DNA of 64,000 bases from Candidatus Wolfebacteria bacterium GW2011_GWB1_47_1. Its GTDB lineage: Bacteria > Patescibacteriota > Minisyncoccia > UBA6257 > UBA9933. Under the pieces are notes generated by a model. It saw only the letters and a list, made by a program, of their open reading frames with translations. It was not told the DNA's origin and did not search any database. The stretch covers positions 222,866 through 286,865 of the forward strand of contig CP011209.1 of assembly GCA_001029635.1 (NCBI GenBank). Reading direction: 5' to 3'. Both the position numbers and the translations under genes were made by a program. Positions 1 to 9,091 of this stretch are shown here, piece after piece (positions within the stretch are counted from its first letter, which is position 1; the number at the start of each line of letters is the position of its first letter).

Positions 1-72
1 GAATCCATCTTCGACGTCATCTTTAAGAACTTCGAAGAGACGTTTAAGTTCTTGCGCACGGCAGGACAGTAA
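1..72 (+). CDS. 3' end of an unidentified CDS entering the window
   Basis: Frame 1 is open (ESIFDVIFKNFEETFKFLRTAGQ*) and is followed by hairpins. Confidence 0.45.
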   Translation, partial: ESIFDVIFKNFEETFKFLRTAGQ

Positions 73-152
73 CAACTCCTCATTATGCCATTTCTATGGG
101 CACATCGAATATTCTACTGAATATTCGACTCGTCCTTGCTCCGTCGAAGAAT

Positions 153-184
153 ACCCAAAAGAACCCGCACGGGTTCTTTTGGGT
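153..184 (+). terminator. Intrinsic terminator-like hairpin
   Basis: ACCCAAAAGAACCC-gcac-GGGTTCTTTTGGGT inverted repeat. Confidence 0.65.
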
Positions 185-345
185 TAAGCTAGAAATATTC
201 ACCCAACTTCGGGGTGTTATATGTGGAGGTTGAATGCACCGCAAGAGAGGTTGACTAACTCGGAGAAAAGTAGTTTAATAAAAATCAGAGTCTTTCACAA
301 AGAGACAGATACGCTGTCTTTTTATCACAACGGAGGGAGGGGCAA

Positions 346-1056
346 ATGATGAAGCGGACCTACTGGTTGGAGATGGCGGTAATGGTATTGGTGACGTTCT
401 GCGTGGGGACGGCGATGGCCGACGAAGAAAAGTGCACCGAGGGTAATTTCGCGGTATCGGAGCTGCCGGTGAATATCGAAAGCTATCCGGAACCGTGCTC
501 GCGGATCATCATGCCTGCGGATTCGCTGGTCTGGATGAAGGTCATGCGACAGCCAATTGCCGTGAAGTTCGGCGAAAATAAAGTGATCGTAAAGGAGCGG
601 ATGTTTAGGGTCGGCTCAAAACACGAGGAATTCATTCTCCGCCCGACGGAGAAATACGAATTTTACCTGAGGCCCGAGTACCACATGAAGATCTCCGATG
701 TTCCAAAACATCTTAAGGGAGGAGAAAGCGCTCTATGGTATGAGGTCATGTCGACTTCGGCGCAAGGTGAGCGGGTTGAGTTCTTGAGCGAATATCCGAC
801 CCAGGTGCTCGTCCCGCGCGGCTGCAATGTAAAGATCATGGCAAATGCCGCATTCAAGGTCCGGTATGCCGGAGAAGAGCGCGAGTGTGCAGCCGAGGAG
901 GTCGTCGCGCTCGAAGGAAAGCTCGGCGCCGACCTTGTGGAAATTTACGGCATGGACCGTGATGGTGAAGCGGTCGTGGGCGTAAGCCTCCGTAAGGTCT
1001 TGTCGCTGGAACAGGGTAAGGCCGCGCAAGCTGCAAAGAAAAAGACGACCAAGTAG
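346..1056 (+). CDS. Hypothetical secreted protein
   Basis: Signal peptide ending AMA; GGAGGGAGG SD; TTGACT-N17-TTTAAT promoter; own terminator. Confidence 0.8.
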   Translation: MMKRTYWLEMAVMVLVTFCVGTAMADEEKCTEGNFAVSELPVNIESYPEPCSRIIMPADSLVWMKVMRQPIAVKFGENKVIVKERMFRVGSKHEEFILRPTEKYEFYLRPEYHMKISDVPKHLKGGESALWYEVMSTSAQGERVEFLSEYPTQVLVPRGCNVKIMANAAFKVRYAGEERECAAEEVVALEGKLGADLVEIYGMDRDGEAVVGVSLRKVLSLEQGKAAQAAKKKTTK

Positions 1057-1076
1057 GTCATCGAAGTAGGGTAATC

Positions 1077-1107
1077 AAATGCCCCGGATGTATCCGGGGC
1101 ATTTTTT
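1077..1107 (+). terminator. Intrinsic terminator
   Basis: AAATGCCCCGGAT/ATCCGGGGCATTT stem plus T tract. Confidence 0.85.
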
Positions 1108-1445
1108 GCGCAGAGGGCAGGACTTCAAATTGGCGTTGTGACTTGTGTTGTTACTAATAATCTGTCAGTGCAAGGAGAATGCGTAACGCGGCGAAATGTC
1201 GGGAGTGTATCTAATCAAAGCAATCCCGGTCTTGCGGAGGCGGCCAAAATAAAGCGAATCTGTCAATGTTACCACCCCGGCATAAGAACCTACAGCCGAT
1301 CCTTAACCGGAAATTAATACAAAGTAAAAAACTACTCGTTATTTTTCCGCGGAGGTGGGGATCCAAATTTCCGAATTTGAAGGAATGGTAAACATTCGGA
1401 GCTAGCCAATTGAGTTTGGTAAAATATTTGAAACCTATACTCAAC

Positions 1446-1483
1446 TTGCTGTCCAAATTGACGGTCGTCAATTTGGACAGCAA
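1446..1483. repeat. 38-bp palindrome, copy 1 (overlaps the -35 of the next gene)
   Basis: TTGCTGTCCAAATTGACG-gt-CGTCAATTTGGACAGCAA; TGGACA(1474)-N17-TATACT(1497). Confidence 0.95.
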
Positions 1484-1522
1484 AAAAGAATAGCGGTATA
1501 CTAAAGAAAAATAACTTGGATC

Positions 1523-2113
1523 ATGAAATATAAATCTTCACTACTACTATTGAAAGCGATCGGTAGAGGGATAACACTTCCGCTGGATCTTTTTGATATG
1601 CTCGTAGAAAGCGGGTATGGCGCATCGGCGAGTAAAGATCGGGCCAGGAACTACGCGATAGAATTAGGGCAGGAGAGAAAAAGAACGGAAAGAGAAGTAG
1701 AGAGAAAAAGAATGAACGGGTACCATAGTCTGATCTATAAGTTAAAAAGAGACGGGCTGATTCTCGAGGAAGGCAAGGGAAATAAAAAGCGCTACTTCCT
1801 TACCGATAAGGGAGGTCAGAAGCTGGAAATACTAAAGACCAAGGAGGGATTTCCCGACCCATGGTATTCGAAGGGAAAAGGAAACCGAGTAATCATCGTG
1901 ATGTTCGATATTCCGGAAGTGCAGACAAAGAAGAGGGTATGGTTGAGGTTAGTGTTAAATAATTTGGATTTCAAAATGGCACAAAAAAGTGTGTGGATCG
2001 GAAAGACAAAGATCCCAAAGGAATTGATCGCGGATCTCGTGCGCATGCAATTGGAAAACTATGTTGAGATATTTGAGGTTGGGAGCACGGGCAATCTGAA
2101 ACACTTACTATAA
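1523..2113 (+). CDS. PaaX-like protein (winged HTH plus Cas2-like domain)
   Basis: LIYKLKRDGLI...YFLTDKG wHTH; IVMFDIPE..KR..LR..L..LDF...QKSVW PaaX-central/Cas2-like motif. Confidence 0.8.
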   Translation: MKYKSSLLLLKAIGRGITLPLDLFDMLVESGYGASASKDRARNYAIELGQERKRTEREVERKRMNGYHSLIYKLKRDGLILEEGKGNKKRYFLTDKGGQKLEILKTKEGFPDPWYSKGKGNRVIIVMFDIPEVQTKKRVWLRLVLNNLDFKMAQKSVWIGKTKIPKELIADLVRMQLENYVEIFEVGSTGNLKHLL

Positions 2114-2164
2114 GAGGTAAGAAAAAAAGCCACCCATTTTTTGGGTGGGAGATTATTTCAGATA

Positions 2165-2214
2165 TCAAAATTGCTGTCCAAATTGACGGTCGTCAATTTG
2201 GACAGCAATTTTGA
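2165..2214. repeat. Palindrome copy 2 (identical 38-bp core at 2171-2208, arms extended to 24 bp)
   Basis: TCAAAA+core+TTTTGA. Confidence 0.95.
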
Positions 2215-2352
2215 GTGTGACAGAGAGGATAAAACTGTTTGGAATATAATCAACGCCGGTGAAGCCGTTTCTCTCTAGTGATCGTATCTATTGATATAAA
2301 GGGGAATTAGTATGTTTCCGCAAAGCCGGCCTAAGGCCGAGGAAAACGAATG

Positions 2353-2434
2353 TGCCCCCAAGAGGACTCGAACCTCTAATCCTTGCGGAACCAGTTCCTA
2401 AAACTGGCGCGTCTACCAATTTCGCCATGGGGGC
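2353..2434 (-). tRNA. tRNA-Leu(TAG)
   Basis: GCCCCCA/TGGGGGC acceptor stem, CCAGT-tttagga-ACTGG anticodon arm, long variable arm, GGTTCGAGTCC; CCA not encoded. Confidence 0.95.
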
Positions 2435-2450
2435 ATATGAAGTTTGCGAG

Positions 2451-2479
2451 GGCGCGTCTACCAATTTCGCCACCCCGGC
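2451..2479 (-). pseudogene. 5' fragment of a second tRNA-Leu
   Basis: GCCGGGGTGGCGAAATTGGTAGACGCGCC with no anticodon arm or 3' half. Confidence 0.7.
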
Positions 2480-2639
2480 ATAAGAAACGATAGGAAAAGT
2501 ATAGACGGTGTGAGCGATTCTGTACATATTGACAAATATATAGAAAAGTGGTATATATAATAAATAAGGATGGACATTTAAAACTTCATATATAAGACGA
2601 AACCACATACAGATCGCTTAGGCGAAAGGAGAGGGTAAA

Positions 2640-3551
2640 ATGGGCACGATAATGATGATTTGCGCAGTTATAGCTTTGATAGGCGGTGCAATCCTTTGGT
2701 TCTGCCATGACTGGGTGCCGGTAGGTGACCCGGGAAAATGTAGGATCATGCGGTGGTTCGGAGCCGAGACAGGAAGGGTTCGCGGAGCTGAACCGTTCCT
2801 CGCGTGGTTCAGAGGCTTTGCGACCGACTTCGTGGAAGTCGACAGGCGGTTTGAGATCGAGGTGCCGGAATTCAAGTTTGACTGTCCGGGTGATCACATT
2901 CCTCTGACGGCATCACCGTCGTTGATCGTGGAAATCGACGACAACGGAGGAAGGCAGTTCAACCTGAGCGGCGGCAGGGAAGGTGCGAGTAAAAAAATCG
3001 CACGGATAGTAAAGACAGAGATACAAGAGTTTGCCGCTAATCCGAATGGTGAGCCAATGACGTATATGGCTGCTAAAAAGATGGGAGCCGAGTTTGTTCT
3101 TCGGGCGATAAACGAACTGGTTGATGGAGATCTCCTTGGCGACGCCGATGTGGTGGCAAACAGGGATCGATTTGTCGAAGATCTTGAAGAAGATCTGTCA
3201 GAGGGGAGCGCAAGCTTGGTTATGCCGCAATTCGGGTTGATCCTCAAGGGATTTAACCTTGGAAACTTTGCCGAGCCGAAATCGATCGCAGATGCCGAAG
3301 CGGCAAAAGTTGCTGCGGCGCGGGATGCGGAAACAAAGAAGGCAAACATCCAGGCGATGAAGGAAAGAGTTGATATTCTCACGAATGGACACACCGGCGT
3401 CTCCTTCAAGGATGCGACTATGGCGGTCCAGATCCAAGAAGGTACGATAAAGCATGACATCAAAGAGGAGATAATTCGCATCGCTGATGACGGAAACGGA
3501 CTCGGCGCACTGGCAGCTTTACTGAAAACGGCATTCGGAGGGAAGAAATAA
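2640..3551 (+). CDS. SPFH/Band-7-like membrane protein (divergent)
   Basis: N-terminal TM, RWFG segment, FGLILKGFNLG strand followed by Ala/Glu/Lys-rich coiled coil. Confidence 0.6.
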   Translation: MGTIMMICAVIALIGGAILWFCHDWVPVGDPGKCRIMRWFGAETGRVRGAEPFLAWFRGFATDFVEVDRRFEIEVPEFKFDCPGDHIPLTASPSLIVEIDDNGGRQFNLSGGREGASKKIARIVKTEIQEFAANPNGEPMTYMAAKKMGAEFVLRAINELVDGDLLGDADVVANRDRFVEDLEEDLSEGSASLVMPQFGLILKGFNLGNFAEPKSIADAEAAKVAAARDAETKKANIQAMKERVDILTNGHTGVSFKDATMAVQIQEGTIKHDIKEEIIRIADDGNGLGALAALLKTAFGGKK

Positions 3552-4096
3552 TGGAAAAGTGGAAAACGGTAGGAAGGAAGATGCTGAAGTGGGGATTGAT
3601 CGGACTACTAGTGATGATCGCGATCGCGAGAGTCACTAGTGCGGTCAAGAAGGAGAACGGAGTCGCTGCGGTTCCCGCAGAGACGGCGAAGTCCGACAGA
3701 GACTACGCCGCATCGTACAACTTCTCGAAGGTAGACGGCAAGGTGGTATCGCAGACATTCACGGTTCCCGCAGGGGGCAAGTGGGTGTACGTGGCATTGC
3801 CCGCATACTACACTGCAACCTTCTCGTCGGCAACGGCAAAGACCGGAGAGCTGGATAAGCTCGATGGTAGCAAGCCGCTGCAATTCGGGAAGCACACGAA
3901 GTTTGGCGACTTGCCTATGGCGGTTGCCATACGGGTTCCCGAGGGGTGTAAGATGACCGTGTCGATGGTGTACAACCCGACGCTAGGGGGGAACCCCCCG
4001 ACGGAGAAGGTTTCGTCAAAAAAAGAAAGGCGCATAATGCGCAAAGATCTGCCGAAGAGGGAAGAAGATATTCCAAAAACAGTGCAGATCATTTAA
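3551..4096 (+). CDS. Hypothetical membrane-anchored protein, coupled to the SPFH gene
   Basis: TAATG stop/start overlap; N-terminal TM. Confidence 0.75.
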   Translation: MEKWKTVGRKMLKWGLIGLLVMIAIARVTSAVKKENGVAAVPAETAKSDRDYAASYNFSKVDGKVVSQTFTVPAGGKWVYVALPAYYTATFSSATAKTGELDKLDGSKPLQFGKHTKFGDLPMAVAIRVPEGCKMTVSMVYNPTLGGNPPTEKVSSKKERRIMRKDLPKREEDIPKTVQII

Positions 4097-4141
4097 ACAA
4101 AAGCCCCGCGCATGCGGGGCTTCTTTTTATGAATAATATGG

Positions 4142-4489
4142 TTAAATGCCTGACCCTCGAGCGACTGCCTTTGCAACTTCGATGAGTCCCTTGGTGAGGG
4201 CGCCAACGACGACTGCAACGAGCGAGTAGGTGAGTGCCTGGCGAGCATCGGCAATGACCTTTGCATCTCCCTTTGCGGTAAGGAACTTGAATGCGGCAAG
4301 GAGAATATAGATCGCTGCCACTGCGATAAGGATGCCAAACATCCAATTACCAACAGTGTTCAGAATGGCGATGATCGGGTCGACTCCCGTTCCTGACGGA
4401 GCTGCCGCTCCAGGAAGGTTCTGGGCAGAGCTTACGGCCGGCAAGGCAAGTGCCGCTGCGGCCAATGAGGTTACTGATAGTTTGTTCAT
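4142..4489 (-). CDS. TrbC/VirB2-like pilin (CPR type)
   Basis: Signal peptide, two hydrophobic helices, AFKFLTAKGD...ARQALTYSLV. Confidence 0.75.
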   Translation of the reverse strand: MNKLSVTSLAAAALALPAVSSAQNLPGAAAPSGTGVDPIIAILNTVGNWMFGILIAVAAIYILLAAFKFLTAKGDAKVIADARQALTYSLVAVVVGALTKGLIEVAKAVARGSGI

Positions 4490-4521
4490 ATGATAAGTAT
4501 ACAAAATAGTGAGTTGTTTGT

Positions 4522-4908
4522 TCAAGGGTTAAGTCCAGTGATCAACCCCCTAAAGATACCAACGAGGCCACGGGCAAGGATGACGATAGTAAGTCCTCCA
4601 AGGGCATAGAGAATAGTCTGTCTTCCGGCGACGACCTTCTTGGAATCTCCCCGGGATGCCATGATCTGGAAGGCGCCGTAGAGGATCATTACGGCGGCAA
4701 GTGGGCTTACGACAAGGATGGCATAATCAATGATGCGATTAAGCACATCGGTGATCGTCGCATTGCCGAAGGGGCTGCCGAAGGTAACCCTGCTCGTTAC
4801 GGGAGCATTTGGGGTAACAGGGACTACGTCGCCTTGTCCCGATATTTGGGCAAAGGTAGTTGAAACACTAATGAAAAAGGCTAGCAGTGCTGCAGTGATT
4901 GAATACAT
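4522..4908 (-). CDS. TrbC/VirB2-like pilin (CPR type)
   Basis: GAFQIMASRGD..KV..GRQTILYALGGL motif. Confidence 0.75.
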   Translation of the reverse strand: MYSITAALLAFFISVSTTFAQISGQGDVVPVTPNAPVTSRVTFGSPFGNATITDVLNRIIDYAILVVSPLAAVMILYGAFQIMASRGDSKKVVAGRQTILYALGGLTIVILARGLVGIFRGLITGLNP

Positions 4909-4988
4909 ATAGTATAGTATATCGCAAACAAGAAATAGTGTGAAGTAAAAACCCCCACAGTTTGAACTGCGGGGGTTTAAAAAACCAA

Positions 4989-5390
4989 TTACTGACATTG
5001 AAGCGTTCTCCAGGGAGTGCCGTAGATATCCCCCGACCCTGTCAATGCGCGCATAAACATGTCGACCAGAAACCACGCGGAAAGGACTATGGCAAGACCC
5101 AGAAGCGCTTGCGTGATATGATTCTGCCCCTTTTTATAAAGAGTTGGATTTGCCCCAGAAATAAGCATCTGATACCCACCAAATATAATATAGGCAACAG
5201 CAAGGATAATTGTCAGTTGCACGGCGAAGTCATACACTGCCTTTATGGTGGAAAATAACGTGCACAGGGTGCAGGATGCGGGATTACTTTCGTCGCATTT
5301 AACAAGGCCACTCTGTGCGAAGACAACCGGTGCGGAAACGAATAAGGCTAAGGTCAACGAAAGGAATGTGGGGAAAAATAGTTTTTTCAT
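4989..5390 (-). CDS. TrbC/VirB2-like pilin with Cys-rich N-terminus
   Basis: GLVKC..CTLC; GGYQMLISGANP..YKKGQNHITQALLGL. Confidence 0.75.
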   Translation of the reverse strand: MKKLFFPTFLSLTLALFVSAPVVFAQSGLVKCDESNPASCTLCTLFSTIKAVYDFAVQLTIILAVAYIIFGGYQMLISGANPTLYKKGQNHITQALLGLAIVLSAWFLVDMFMRALTGSGDIYGTPWRTLQCQ

Positions 5391-5396
5391 CGAAGT

Positions 5397-6680
5397 TTAA
5401 AAGAGATTATTGATTTCGACCGATGCCCGCTGGAGGGCGTCTTGTGTATCAAATTGGCCGGTGAGAATGCTTTCAACGGCGCGAGAAAGGGCTGTTCGAT
5501 ATCCCTCGACTTCGTACTGGAAAGGAGCTCGAGCAGTGAGTGATTGGCGCGCGAATACGCCGAGACGCGGATCGCGGAGTGATTCATTGATGAGTGATCG
5601 AAGTGCCGGGGGATTGTTTGATGACTGCAGATAGGTCGACGCAAGTGTGGAGTCGGTGGTCATATCAATAACAGCCTTCCATGCCCATTGAAGATTTGGG
5701 CTTTTTGCTGAAACGGCAAGCCCCCAATAATCGGCATAGTTTGTCGGATTGGATACGCTTTGTTGGGGCATCGGGAAAATGTCGAACGAAAGGTATGGAT
5801 TTTTTTGCACGAGTGCCGGGATTTCTCGCGAGTAGGTAATCGTCATTGCGACATCTTCTGAACCAAATGCGTTGTCGGCATTGGCAAACGAATCACTCCA
5901 GGTATAGTTGGGATTGTTGGGAGTTGCAAATTGAGCATAAAAGTCGATAGCCTTTTGCGCATGTTCATCAAAGGAAGTACGTTGTCCGGTTGTTTCAAGG
6001 TTACTTGAACCGAATTGGAACATGAGGAGCGACATAATATCAGGAGCATTTGGAATGGATTTCTGTGTCCCCCCTATTGCGATCGCGGACTTCTTTAGCT
6101 GTTTGCCCGCAGTGAATTCGGTAAAGTAAGGAATGAGGGTTTTAATGTCGGCCCAGGTCGCAGGTGCGACTGCTACTCCCTTCTTATTAAAGAGCTCTTT
6201 GTTGTAGATAAGCGCCGGGGTATCGATGTACAACGGAAGGGCAAAGACATAATCCAGATAGACGAAATCACGATAGACGACATCGGGGAAAAGAGAACGC
6301 ACCTCAGAAGGCTGGATCTGAGGATAATCGGCAGCCATAATCTTGTCGCTATACCGTTGAACCCAGCTGCGATGGATCATGAGGATATCCGGCGCCTGCC
6401 CGGTTGCGAAGGCATTAAGGATGGTGCGCTCATACCGGTCTTCCGGTATTTGCGTATAGCGAAGCGCGACATTGGGATGCGCTGCGGTATATTGGGTTGC
6501 AAGCTGGGAGAAATTGGACGAATCTTCAACCCCCCAGACGGTTAGGGCTATTTTTGATGTCGGTTCATTGGAACTCCCTTGCTGTAATGAAGGAATAAGA
6601 AAAATAAAAATCCCGACAAATAAGGCGATGGTGAGGATGACCCCCCCGATGATCATAAGCTGGTTCCGTGTAAATTGCAT
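5397..6680 (-). CDS. Extracellular solute-binding protein (family 1, sugar type)
   Basis: N-terminal anchor, LTVWG, APDILMI, ALPLYIDTPALIYNKELF. Confidence 0.9.
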   Translation of the reverse strand: MQFTRNQLMIIGGVILTIALFVGIFIFLIPSLQQGSSNEPTSKIALTVWGVEDSSNFSQLATQYTAAHPNVALRYTQIPEDRYERTILNAFATGQAPDILMIHRSWVQRYSDKIMAADYPQIQPSEVRSLFPDVVYRDFVYLDYVFALPLYIDTPALIYNKELFNKKGVAVAPATWADIKTLIPYFTEFTAGKQLKKSAIAIGGTQKSIPNAPDIMSLLMFQFGSSNLETTGQRTSFDEHAQKAIDFYAQFATPNNPNYTWSDSFANADNAFGSEDVAMTITYSREIPALVQKNPYLSFDIFPMPQQSVSNPTNYADYWGLAVSAKSPNLQWAWKAVIDMTTDSTLASTYLQSSNNPPALRSLINESLRDPRLGVFARQSLTARAPFQYEVEGYRTALSRAVESILTGQFDTQDALQRASVEINNLF

Positions 6681-6694
6681 ATGTGTATAGTATA

Positions 6695-6729
6695 AACCAA
6701 CAACCTACGACCAACAACCGACAACCTGA
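6695..6729. repeat. Degenerate 7-mer tandem repeat (AACCAAC-like x5)
   Basis: aaccaac aacctac gaccaac aaccgac aacctga, directly upstream of the minus-strand TATACT. Confidence 0.7.
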
Positions 6730-6771
6730 TGGCTTGTCTACGAGATAAGGGTCTCGTATACTTAAGTCGAT

Positions 6772-7599
6772 ATGTTTAAGGAAAAAATAAAAGATCTCGG
6801 GCGCCGTATGACGGGCGAGGGGCCGGAGGTAATATTCAAACAGGAGGTCGCGCGATACGAAGCGATGCATGGTGTATCGCACGAGGCTGCGGAGAAGGCA
6901 TTATTTCTCGATCGATTTAATGCACTACAGCACGAACTCACCTATAACAGGGCGATCAGCGATGAAACACATCGCGCATTTGTCGCCAGTCTCAATGAAG
7001 TGTTTGGGAAAAACGGTGTCGCCGATATGAAGCGCGATTCGGCGACACCGATCTATCGGGCACTACTACTTTCGCCTGCATCACTGGCGGAGTTTAATCA
7101 GACGGCAAATTATTTTAAGACGAAGTTTGAAAATAAAGTACCAGGTGTAGCCGTCGTGAAGGACTGTGCGGAAAATAAAAAGATAATAGAAGCACTCAGC
7201 ACGCGCTTTATGGGAGATCCGTCGCTTGCCGGCGTAGGCGATCTGGAAGCGCTTATCGCGGCACATCCGGAACTGGGTGCCGACCTGGGGAAGATCCTAT
7301 CCGCCAAGGAACTGTCCGATATGCATGAACGGAGGTTTGAAGCGGGGATTCGGTTTAATCGATCAATGGAAACGCTCGGGAATACGGCTCGGGAATCATT
7401 AGGAACCATGGTATGGAAGGCTCCGAGTGAATGGTGGAAGGTGGTTGGCAAGAGCGGGGAGAAATTGAACTTCGAGTATTGCGCAAAAACGACCATCGCA
7501 ACTGCAAAGCTGCTTCATAAGGAGGGGAAGGCGGGAACAAAACTGTTGGTCGAAGCGGCAAAGACGGCAAAGGCATATATTGATAAGACACGAACATGA
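6772..7599 (+). CDS. Hypothetical protein
   Basis: 275-aa ORF; TATACT 9 nt upstream. Confidence 0.75.
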   Translation: MFKEKIKDLGRRMTGEGPEVIFKQEVARYEAMHGVSHEAAEKALFLDRFNALQHELTYNRAISDETHRAFVASLNEVFGKNGVADMKRDSATPIYRALLLSPASLAEFNQTANYFKTKFENKVPGVAVVKDCAENKKIIEALSTRFMGDPSLAGVGDLEALIAAHPELGADLGKILSAKELSDMHERRFEAGIRFNRSMETLGNTARESLGTMVWKAPSEWWKVVGKSGEKLNFEYCAKTTIATAKLLHKEGKAGTKLLVEAAKTAKAYIDKTRT

Positions 7600-7997
7600 G
7601 CACAAAGAGCGAAATACGACAATTGATCACGCAATCATTCCTTTCGCAAGCACGAAAGGGAGAATTGTTGGACCTGCTCGTAGAGCAGGGGGATGACGAA
7701 AAATTCTTCGCGACCCTGAACGAGTACATCGCGGATGCGATGCAGGAAAAGAGTGTCCAGTATAAAGAAATGATCCGTGGGTTCGACGAGGGCGCGGCAC
7801 GGATCGATGCGCATCATATGGCTGAAGAAGAGTTTGCACTCAAAACATTGGAGTCTGCGATGAGCGGGTTGGCTATGGATGATATCGCGGGAAAGAAAGA
7901 AGCATGGGATACATATTATGCTGCGGTCGAACGATCGGAGCGGGCATATGAGCGATCGCTGCGACAGCTGGCAGGGGATATGGTAATGGCGCACTAA
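7596..7997 (+). CDS. Hypothetical helical protein
   Basis: ATGA overlap with the previous gene. Confidence 0.7.
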   Translation: MSTKSEIRQLITQSFLSQARKGELLDLLVEQGDDEKFFATLNEYIADAMQEKSVQYKEMIRGFDEGAARIDAHHMAEEEFALKTLESAMSGLAMDDIAGKKEAWDTYYAAVERSERAYERSLRQLAGDMVMAH

Positions 7998-8012
7998 GGA
8001 GATAAAATATAC

Positions 8013-9047
8013 GTGAGCGAAGAAAAAGAATTTCTCAATACTACTACTGAGACAGAAAAATCAGCAGAGAGACGGGTCTTTAAGCCTGACATACGGTCGT
8101 TTTTTGATTACACAACTCCCGAAATGTTGAAGCGGAGGGCGGTTAAAGAGATACTTGCCCTCGAAAATGAACAAAAGAAAGAAGCTCGAATGGGGCGATT
8201 TGGGTTGTCGAGTGAGGCAACCGAGGGTGAAATAGTGGCGGCAATAGAAAGACGCATTGGGGAATATCAGACACGCATCGCCGAAGCAAAGGTATTTATT
8301 CCCGAGCAACTAAAGAAAACAAATGAATGGCTTGAAGGGAATCAATTACACCCAAAGCAACCCCCGGAGAATGTTTCAGTGCGCATCGTGGACTCGCTAT
8401 TGGCAATAGGGGTGCCGGGAGGTGATATAGAGGATGTGCGATCGCAGTACAAGCCGGATGCAAATATAATTATGTTCAATCCTGAGGAAGGGTGGTTTAT
8501 ACCGGCGCATGAATACATGCACGCGATGGGTAGCGATAAGGAGGGTCGGGTTGTTGGATTTAGATATATTAACGAGCGGAATGAGATAAAAGGAAATCGT
8601 TGGCTGGACGAAGGCACGGCAATGATAGGAGAGTTTGCGACAAACTCGGCAGAAGACAGAGGAAGGGATAGGGAGCGCACTGACGGTTATGAATTTTTTT
8701 ATTGGATGACTCAGCAATTCATACGGGAGCTGGGAATTACTGAAGCGGAGTTATTAAGGGCATTTTTTGATCAGGATGGTGCGAGGGAAGAATTTGAGAA
8801 GAAGGTTAAAGAGAGATTTAACTGTACGACTGAAGACCTGGCTATTTTTCCAATGGCATATAGCGAAGAAGAAAGAGAGATGGTAGTAAGAATGCTGAAA
8901 GGAGACGCAATGACGTTAACGGTGCCAGACAACGAACATGCCAAAGAAAAATATAATGCATTGGCAGAATTATTCCCAAATATTAAAATAAGGATTAGGA
9001 CGGCGGAGGAGCTTGCCGAGTTGGTACAAAAAATAAAAAATACATGA
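8013..9047 (+). CDS. Putative zincin metallopeptidase-like protein
   Basis: HEYMH motif with downstream WLDEG. Confidence 0.6.
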   Translation: MSEEKEFLNTTTETEKSAERRVFKPDIRSFFDYTTPEMLKRRAVKEILALENEQKKEARMGRFGLSSEATEGEIVAAIERRIGEYQTRIAEAKVFIPEQLKKTNEWLEGNQLHPKQPPENVSVRIVDSLLAIGVPGGDIEDVRSQYKPDANIIMFNPEEGWFIPAHEYMHAMGSDKEGRVVGFRYINERNEIKGNRWLDEGTAMIGEFATNSAEDRGRDRERTDGYEFFYWMTQQFIRELGITEAELLRAFFDQDGAREEFEKKVKERFNCTTEDLAIFPMAYSEEEREMVVRMLKGDAMTLTVPDNEHAKEKYNALAELFPNIKIRIRTAEELAELVQKIKNT

Positions 9048-9088
9048 CACTAAAAAAAGAAGACCAAAGCGGTCTTCTTTTTTTAGTG
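9048..9088. terminator. Bidirectional terminator
   Basis: CACTAAAAAAAGAAGACC/GGTCTTCTTTTTTTAGTG between convergent genes. Confidence 0.85.
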
Positions 9089-9091
9089 CAC

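Noticed and set aside
1446-2214. CRISPR-Cas locus (Cas2-like gene plus repeats)
   Set aside because: Only two repeats about 690 bp apart with a gene between them; no spacer array and no cas1; the protein has a PaaX-type wHTH
2288-2608. 106-aa minus-strand ORF with an internal repeat
   Set aside because: Spurious translation across tRNA-Leu and its fragment
4142-5390. Conjugative element inferred from VirB2-like genes
   Set aside because: No VirB4/VirD4, relaxase or integrase in the window; such pilins are ordinary chromosomal genes in CPR
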